From an uncultured Christensenellaceae bacterium (lineage in GTDB: Bacteria > Bacillota > Clostridia > Christensenellales > QAND01), in the NCBI GenBank assembly GCA_942492795.1, contig OW818639.1:1685358-1749357 (forward strand): a DNA stretch of 64,000 nt. Direction: 5' to 3'. Made by a program: the position numbers and the translations under genes. Numbering within the stretch: position 1 is the first letter of the stretch; each line of letters opens with the position of its first letter. Under the pieces are notes generated by a model, which worked only from the letters and a program-made list of their open reading frames with translations, searched no databases and was not told the DNA's origin. Below, one piece after another: positions 59,646 through 64,000 of this stretch.

Positions 59646-60634
59646 CCGTTCCACGTTTTATTGTTTCCTCCTCTCCGCATATCCGCCAATCGCAGACGAT
59701 TCCCAAAATCATGGGTGACGTATGTTTGGCGTTGTTGCCGGCTGCAATTTTCGGTGTTGTCCGTTTTGGTGTCTATGCGGCCTGGATACTGCTGGCTTCG
59801 ATCTTAGGTGCGGTATTGACGGAATTGATTGGTTGCGCTTTGATGAGAAAACCAACGAGCATCGATGACGGATCCGCTGTTGTTACAGGGCTTCTATTGG
59901 GCATGTGCTGCCCGCCGTATGTGCCGCTTTGGCTGCCGTTTATCGGCGGTGTGTTTGCGATTGCAATCGTCAAACTGCCGTTCGGCGGCTTGGGACATAA
60001 CTTTTTAAACCCTGCGTTGACCGCTCGGGCGTTTCTTTTGGCAAGCTGGCCGGCGTTGATGACGCAATGGAAACCCGCAGAGATCATTTTAAAAACTACG
60101 GAAACCATATCACTCGCTACACCGTTGGCAGCGTATAAACTGGGCACCCAGAAAAGTTATATGGACCTGTTCTTAGGCAACGTCGACGGTTCTATCGGTG
60201 AAGTTTGCAAGCTTGCTCTGATCGCGGGCGCTCTTTACCTGATTGTCCGGTGGATCATCAATTTGAATACGCCGGTCGGCTTCCTTGCGGGGCTGTTTGT
60301 ATTCACCTGGATATTTGGCGGCAAGGCCGGCTTGTTTACGGGAGATGGCCTGTTTGCCATCCTCTCGGGAGGAGCAATGCTGGGTGCACTGTTCATGTGC
60401 AATGATTACGCGACATCTCCGATTACGCCGATGGGGCAGTTTATCATGGGAATAGGAGCCGGTATACTAACGGCACTCATACGCATCTTCGGATCCTACG
60501 TCGAAGGCGTTACCTATGCTATTCTTTTTATGAACGTGCTGACGCCGTTGATCGATCGGTTCATACGACCAAAAGCTTTCGGTGAAGCAGAAAAGCGCGC
60601 GCAGCTCTTGCGTCGACAGGGGGTAAACCAATGA
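59642..60634 (+). CDS. rnfD: Rnf complex subunit D
   Basis: 330-aa polytopic NqrB/RnfD-like protein (SSSPHI...; MCNDYATSPITP carries an FMN-attachment-type Thr/Ser). ATGA overlap with rnfC. Confidence 0.85.
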   Translation: MTVPRFIVSSSPHIRQSQTIPKIMGDVCLALLPAAIFGVVRFGVYAAWILLASILGAVLTELIGCALMRKPTSIDDGSAVVTGLLLGMCCPPYVPLWLPFIGGVFAIAIVKLPFGGLGHNFLNPALTARAFLLASWPALMTQWKPAEIILKTTETISLATPLAAYKLGTQKSYMDLFLGNVDGSIGEVCKLALIAGALYLIVRWIINLNTPVGFLAGLFVFTWIFGGKAGLFTGDGLFAILSGGAMLGALFMCNDYATSPITPMGQFIMGIGAGILTALIRIFGSYVEGVTYAILFMNVLTPLIDRFIRPKAFGEAEKRAQLLRRQGVNQ

Positions 60635-61245
60635 AGCTGAAAAAGGTGTTTTGGAACGGCATCATTCCCGAGAATCCTACATTGCGGCTGGTTCTTGGAA
60701 CATGCCCCACCATAGCCATCAGCAAGACGGCAATGAACGGACTTGGCATGGGTTTGGCAGCGACATTCGTGCTGATTGGCAGCAATGTCATCGTGTCTCT
60801 GTTGCGCAATTTCATCCCGAGCAAGGCGCGTATTCCCGCCTTTGTTGTCATTATCGCGACCTTCGTTACCATCGTGGATCTGTTTATCAAGGCATACGCA
60901 CCTGCTTTGAACAACTCGCTGGGCATTTTTATTCCGCTTATCGTTGTCAACTGTATCATTCTGGCGCGCGCGGAAGCATTCGCAAGCCAAAACGGCGTGA
61001 TGGCGTCGCTCGTTGACGGCGTGGGAATGGGGCTTGGGTTTACCCTTGCACTGACGTTCATTTCGGCAGTCCGTGAAATACTGGGAAATGGATCGTTGTT
61101 TGGAATGACTTTGTTCGGGGTGGGATTCCAGCCCATCATGATGTTCGCGCAATCTCCGGGTGGATTTATCGTATTTGGCTTTACCATAGGCGCCGCCAAC
61201 GTCATTATGAACTACCGGGCGCGTCGGAAGGAGGTGCGTTCATAA
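60631..61245 (+). CDS. rnfE: Rnf complex subunit E
   Basis: LVLGTCPTIA and IPLIVVNCIIL motifs typical of RnfE/NqrD. 204 aa. Overlaps rnfD. Confidence 0.85.
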   Translation: MKLKKVFWNGIIPENPTLRLVLGTCPTIAISKTAMNGLGMGLAATFVLIGSNVIVSLLRNFIPSKARIPAFVVIIATFVTIVDLFIKAYAPALNNSLGIFIPLIVVNCIILARAEAFASQNGVMASLVDGVGMGLGFTLALTFISAVREILGNGSLFGMTLFGVGFQPIMMFAQSPGGFIVFGFTIGAANVIMNYRARRKEVRS

Positions 61246-61841
61246 TGTCGGGAATGCTTCAATCTCTTGTTATTATGATCAATGCGGTTTTCGTCAACAA
61301 TATCGTTATGTCGCAATTTCTTGGCATCTGCCCGTTTTTGGGTGTATCCAAGAAACTGGATACGGCTATTTCGATGGGTCTCGCGGTGACATTCGTCATG
61401 GCGCTGGCAAGTGTTATCACCTATCTGATACAATACAGCGTACTGGTTCCGCTCCATATCGAGTATATGCAGACCATTGTGTTTATTCTGGTCATTGCGG
61501 CTTTGGTGCAGTTTGTGGAAATGGTCATAAACAAATCATCGCCGGCCCTGTACCGGGCACTGGGCATTTATCTGCCGCTGATTACAACCAACTGCGCCGT
61601 GTTGGGCGTCGCAATTTTGAACATCCAGGAAGGCTACAATCTGTTCAATACGCTGATAAACGGCATTAGCGTGGGGTTGTCCTTTCTGTTTGCGATTGTG
61701 TTGTTTGCGGGGATTCGCGAACGACTGGAAACCAGCAATATACCGCCCGCCTTGCAGGGATTTCCGATTGCACTCATCTCAGCGGGACTGATGAGCATTG
61801 CATTCTTTGGTTTTGCCGGGCTGACAAACGCCTTATTATAG
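61245..61841 (+). CDS. rnfA: Rnf complex subunit A
   Basis: SQFLGICPFLGVS and LPLITTNCAVLG motifs typical of RnfA/NqrE. 198 aa. Confidence 0.85.
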   Translation: MSGMLQSLVIMINAVFVNNIVMSQFLGICPFLGVSKKLDTAISMGLAVTFVMALASVITYLIQYSVLVPLHIEYMQTIVFILVIAALVQFVEMVINKSSPALYRALGIYLPLITTNCAVLGVAILNIQEGYNLFNTLINGISVGLSFLFAIVLFAGIRERLETSNIPPALQGFPIALISAGLMSIAFFGFAGLTNALL

Positions 61842-61850
61842 GAGGAATTT

Positions 61851-62642
61851 ATGGCCATTCTCATACCAACGCTCGTTATCAGCATATTGGGACTGGCATT
61901 CGGTCTTCTTTTAGGATATGCGGGCAAGAAATTTGCCGTGGATGTCGATGAAAGCGTTATGCGGATTCGCGATCTTTTGCCGGGCGCGAATTGCGGCGGA
62001 TGCGGAAACCCAAGCTGCGATGCTTTTGCTGCCTTGCTGGCTGCCGGAAAAGCGGATGTCAGCGACTGCGCCGTTAATTCGGCGGATAACAGCAATGCCA
62101 TCGGGGTACTATTGGGAGTGGAAGTCAAAGAAGCATTGCCAAGCGTTGCCACCGTATTTTGCCAGGGTGATGAGGACAACTGCAAGGCCAAGGCGTCCTA
62201 CAGCGGGCTTTTAACCTGCAAAGCGGCGAGCACACTGGGCGGGAACAAGGGATGTGCGCAGGCTTGCCTGGGATTGGGCGATTGCGAAAGGGTCTGTGCC
62301 TTTGATGCGCTTTCCATCCATCACGGCTTGGCGAAAGTCGATCCGGACAAATGCACCGCTTGCGGCACCTGCGTCAAAGAATGCCCGAGGCAAATTATAC
62401 GCATTGTCCCCAAGGGAAAGACCGCACGAACCCTGTGCCGGACAACGCTGAACCCGCGCGAATCGCGCGCGGTCTGCAAAACAGCTTGCATCAAGTGCCA
62501 GTTGTGCGTAAGGAGCTGTCCCGAATCTGCCATTTCATTTGTCAGCAATCAGATCGAAGTGGATAGGGAAAAATGTACATCCTGCGGTATTTGTGTCGAT
62601 AAATGCCCGACGAATGCGATCTTGTTAGGCGAAGATCAGTAG
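61851..62642 (+). CDS. rnfB: Rnf complex subunit B (polyferredoxin)
   Basis: N-terminal TM helix. CGGCGNPSCDAF cluster. Several CxxCxxCxxxCP ferredoxin motifs. Confidence 0.85.
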   Translation: MAILIPTLVISILGLAFGLLLGYAGKKFAVDVDESVMRIRDLLPGANCGGCGNPSCDAFAALLAAGKADVSDCAVNSADNSNAIGVLLGVEVKEALPSVATVFCQGDEDNCKAKASYSGLLTCKAASTLGGNKGCAQACLGLGDCERVCAFDALSIHHGLAKVDPDKCTACGTCVKECPRQIIRIVPKGKTARTLCRTTLNPRESRAVCKTACIKCQLCVRSCPESAISFVSNQIEVDREKCTSCGICVDKCPTNAILLGEDQ

Positions 62643-62753
62643 GATATCTGTCAAGTAAAGCCGCGCTTGTGCAATCGGATTTTGTGCGAAACGCGAACCC
62701 TTTGGCGCTTAAGAAGACCGAATATTTCGGTCTTTTTTCACAAGGAGGAACAC

Positions 62754-63323
62754 ATGCAGATTATTTTGGCGTCTCAGTCTCCCAGGCGGCGGGAGGCGCT
62801 GTGTAAAATGGGTCTTAACTATACATGGATAGAACCGAAGACCGACGAAACGATACCCAGCGGAATGCCGGTACAGCAAGGAGTGCAGCTTCTTGCAAAA
62901 CGAAAGGCACTTCAGATAGCGCAGACGAATCCGCAGGCTATCTGCATCGGTGCTGACACCTTGGTCGTTTTAAGCGAACGGGTATTGGGAAAGCCTACGG
63001 ATGATCATGATGCCTTTTGTATGCTGACAATGCTGCAAGACGCAAGCCATGATGTCTATACAGGTGTATGCGTTTGCTGCAAGGACAGCGGCAAGACGCT
63101 GACGGATTTCAGGCATTCCGTCGTCCGCTTTCTTCCCATGAGCGCGCAGCAGATTCAAACATACATCGATACCGGGGAACCGATGGATAAGGCGGGCGGC
63201 TATGGCATACAAGGAAGGGCAGCGGCGTATATCCACGGAATCGTCGGAAGCTACGATAATGTCGTCGGCTTGCCGATGTCGCTTCTTCGGCAAATGCTTT
63301 TGGAGTTTGATGTAGAAGTATAA
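62754..63323 (+). CDS. maf: Maf-like nucleoside triphosphate pyrophosphatase (septum-formation protein Maf)
   Basis: MQIILASQSPRRREAL N-terminus. About 189 aa. RBS AAGGAGG. ORF track start at 62667 replaced by ATG 62754. Confidence 0.85.
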   Translation: MQIILASQSPRRREALCKMGLNYTWIEPKTDETIPSGMPVQQGVQLLAKRKALQIAQTNPQAICIGADTLVVLSERVLGKPTDDHDAFCMLTMLQDASHDVYTGVCVCCKDSGKTLTDFRHSVVRFLPMSAQQIQTYIDTGEPMDKAGGYGIQGRAAAYIHGIVGSYDNVVGLPMSLLRQMLLEFDVEV

Positions 63324-63572
63324 GGATCTTTCCGCCAATGCGAAGCGAGAGTCTGTCAATGAGAATACGCAATCCCGATTCGATGCAGCGTATTTGGTAC
63401 CGTAACTTTGGAGCGCCGCGAAAAGCAAGTCATCATGCAGCCTATACGAAGGCTGTTTTTTATTGTCCGGCATGTCCCGCATGCAAGGTTGTTCCGAATA
63501 ACACAGTAAATATTTGGGAATAATCTGCGTAGTTTTCGCTGTTGAAAAAGATGGCGGACAAGGAGGACTGCA

Positions 63573-64000
63573 ATGGCGATCAATCTGATGGGACGTGACT
63601 TGGCCATAGATTTGGGAACAGCCAATACGCTTGTGTATATGAAGGGAAGGGGAATCATCCTGCGTGAACCGTCGGTGGTGGCTGTTAAAAACGGAACGCG
63701 GCGGGAGGTTCTGGCAGTCGGAGAGGAAGCCAGGGATATGATCGGGCGTACCCCGGGCAACATCGTTGCAATTCGCCCGTTAAAGGAGGGGGTCATCGCC
63801 GATTTTGACATCACGGAAGTCATGCTCAAATATTTTATTCGAAAGGCGGTGCCGCGTACGTCGTCGCTGTTTAATCCTCGCGTCGTGCTTTGCGTGCCGT
63901 GCGGTATCACGGAAGTGGAGCGCAGGGCGGTGGAAGAAGCAACGCGCAGTGCCGGAGCACGAGAAGCGCTTTTGATGGAAGAACCGATGGCGGCAGCTTT
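63573..64000 (+). CDS. mreB: Rod-shape-determining protein MreB, 5' fragment (continues beyond the window)
   Basis: [14 protein letters not shown]...EPSVVAV matches the actin-like ATPase N-terminus of MreB. RBS AGGAGG. No stop before the window end. Confidence 0.85.
   Translation, partial: MAINLMGRDLAIDLGTANTLVYMKGRGIILREPSVVAVKNGTRREVLAVGEEARDMIGRTPGNIVAIRPLKEGVIADFDITEVMLKYFIRKAVPRTSSLFNPRVVLCVPCGITEVERRAVEEATRSAGAREALLMEEPMAAA

Overview
The window is a 64 kb chromosomal segment, probably from a Clostridia-class Firmicute. Supporting evidence is about 55% GC, AGGAGG-type ribosome-binding sites, frequent ATGA start/stop overlaps, and the presence of Rnf, Maf-MreB and DUF421 genes. Coding density is high, with about 60 genes. 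I found no rRNA, tRNA, CRISPR array, transposase, integrase or phage gene, so this looks like core and accessory chromosome rather than a mobile element.

Identifiable content, in order:
- an ABC exporter pair (the first gene truncated at the window edge), followed by msrAB;
- a two-gene module at 5075-10398: a transmembrane processive GT2 synthase with the QxxRW motif and a C-terminal coiled coil, immediately after a 1111-aa protein that joins an extracellular clan-A glycoside-hydrolase domain, a transmembrane helix and cytoplasmic HEAT repeats;
- a LarA-family racemase with a Zn alcohol dehydrogenase;
- an AmmeMemoRadiSam trio (A/B fusion plus radical SAM) next to mtnA;
- a second, MarR-controlled ABC exporter pair paralogous to the first;
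- a sulfur-metabolism cluster: metY divergent from a class-V aminotransferase (cysteine desulfurase-like), a ThiF/MoeB-like E1, and two Rrf2 regulators;
- an alpha-oxoamine synthase with an SDR;
- an SPFH (flotillin-like) protein;
- an FMN/Fe-S GltB-like protein with a DMT transporter and archaeal-type LeuCD;
- a PadR-DUF1700-DUF4097 triad;
- tandem duplicated D-2-hydroxyacid dehydrogenases;
- HtrA and two DUF421/DUF4363 membrane proteins;
- an rnfCDEAB operon that lacks rnfG;
- maf and the 5' end of mreB.

The most likely candidate for an undescribed system is the GT2 synthase plus hydrolase-HEAT pair, which looks like a minimal synthase-dependent exopolysaccharide module. Secondary candidates are a strongly translated 68-aa Cys/His/Lys-rich mini-protein and the sulfur-relay and oxoamine clusters. 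All functional calls come from motifs read in the ORF translations; none were checked against databases.
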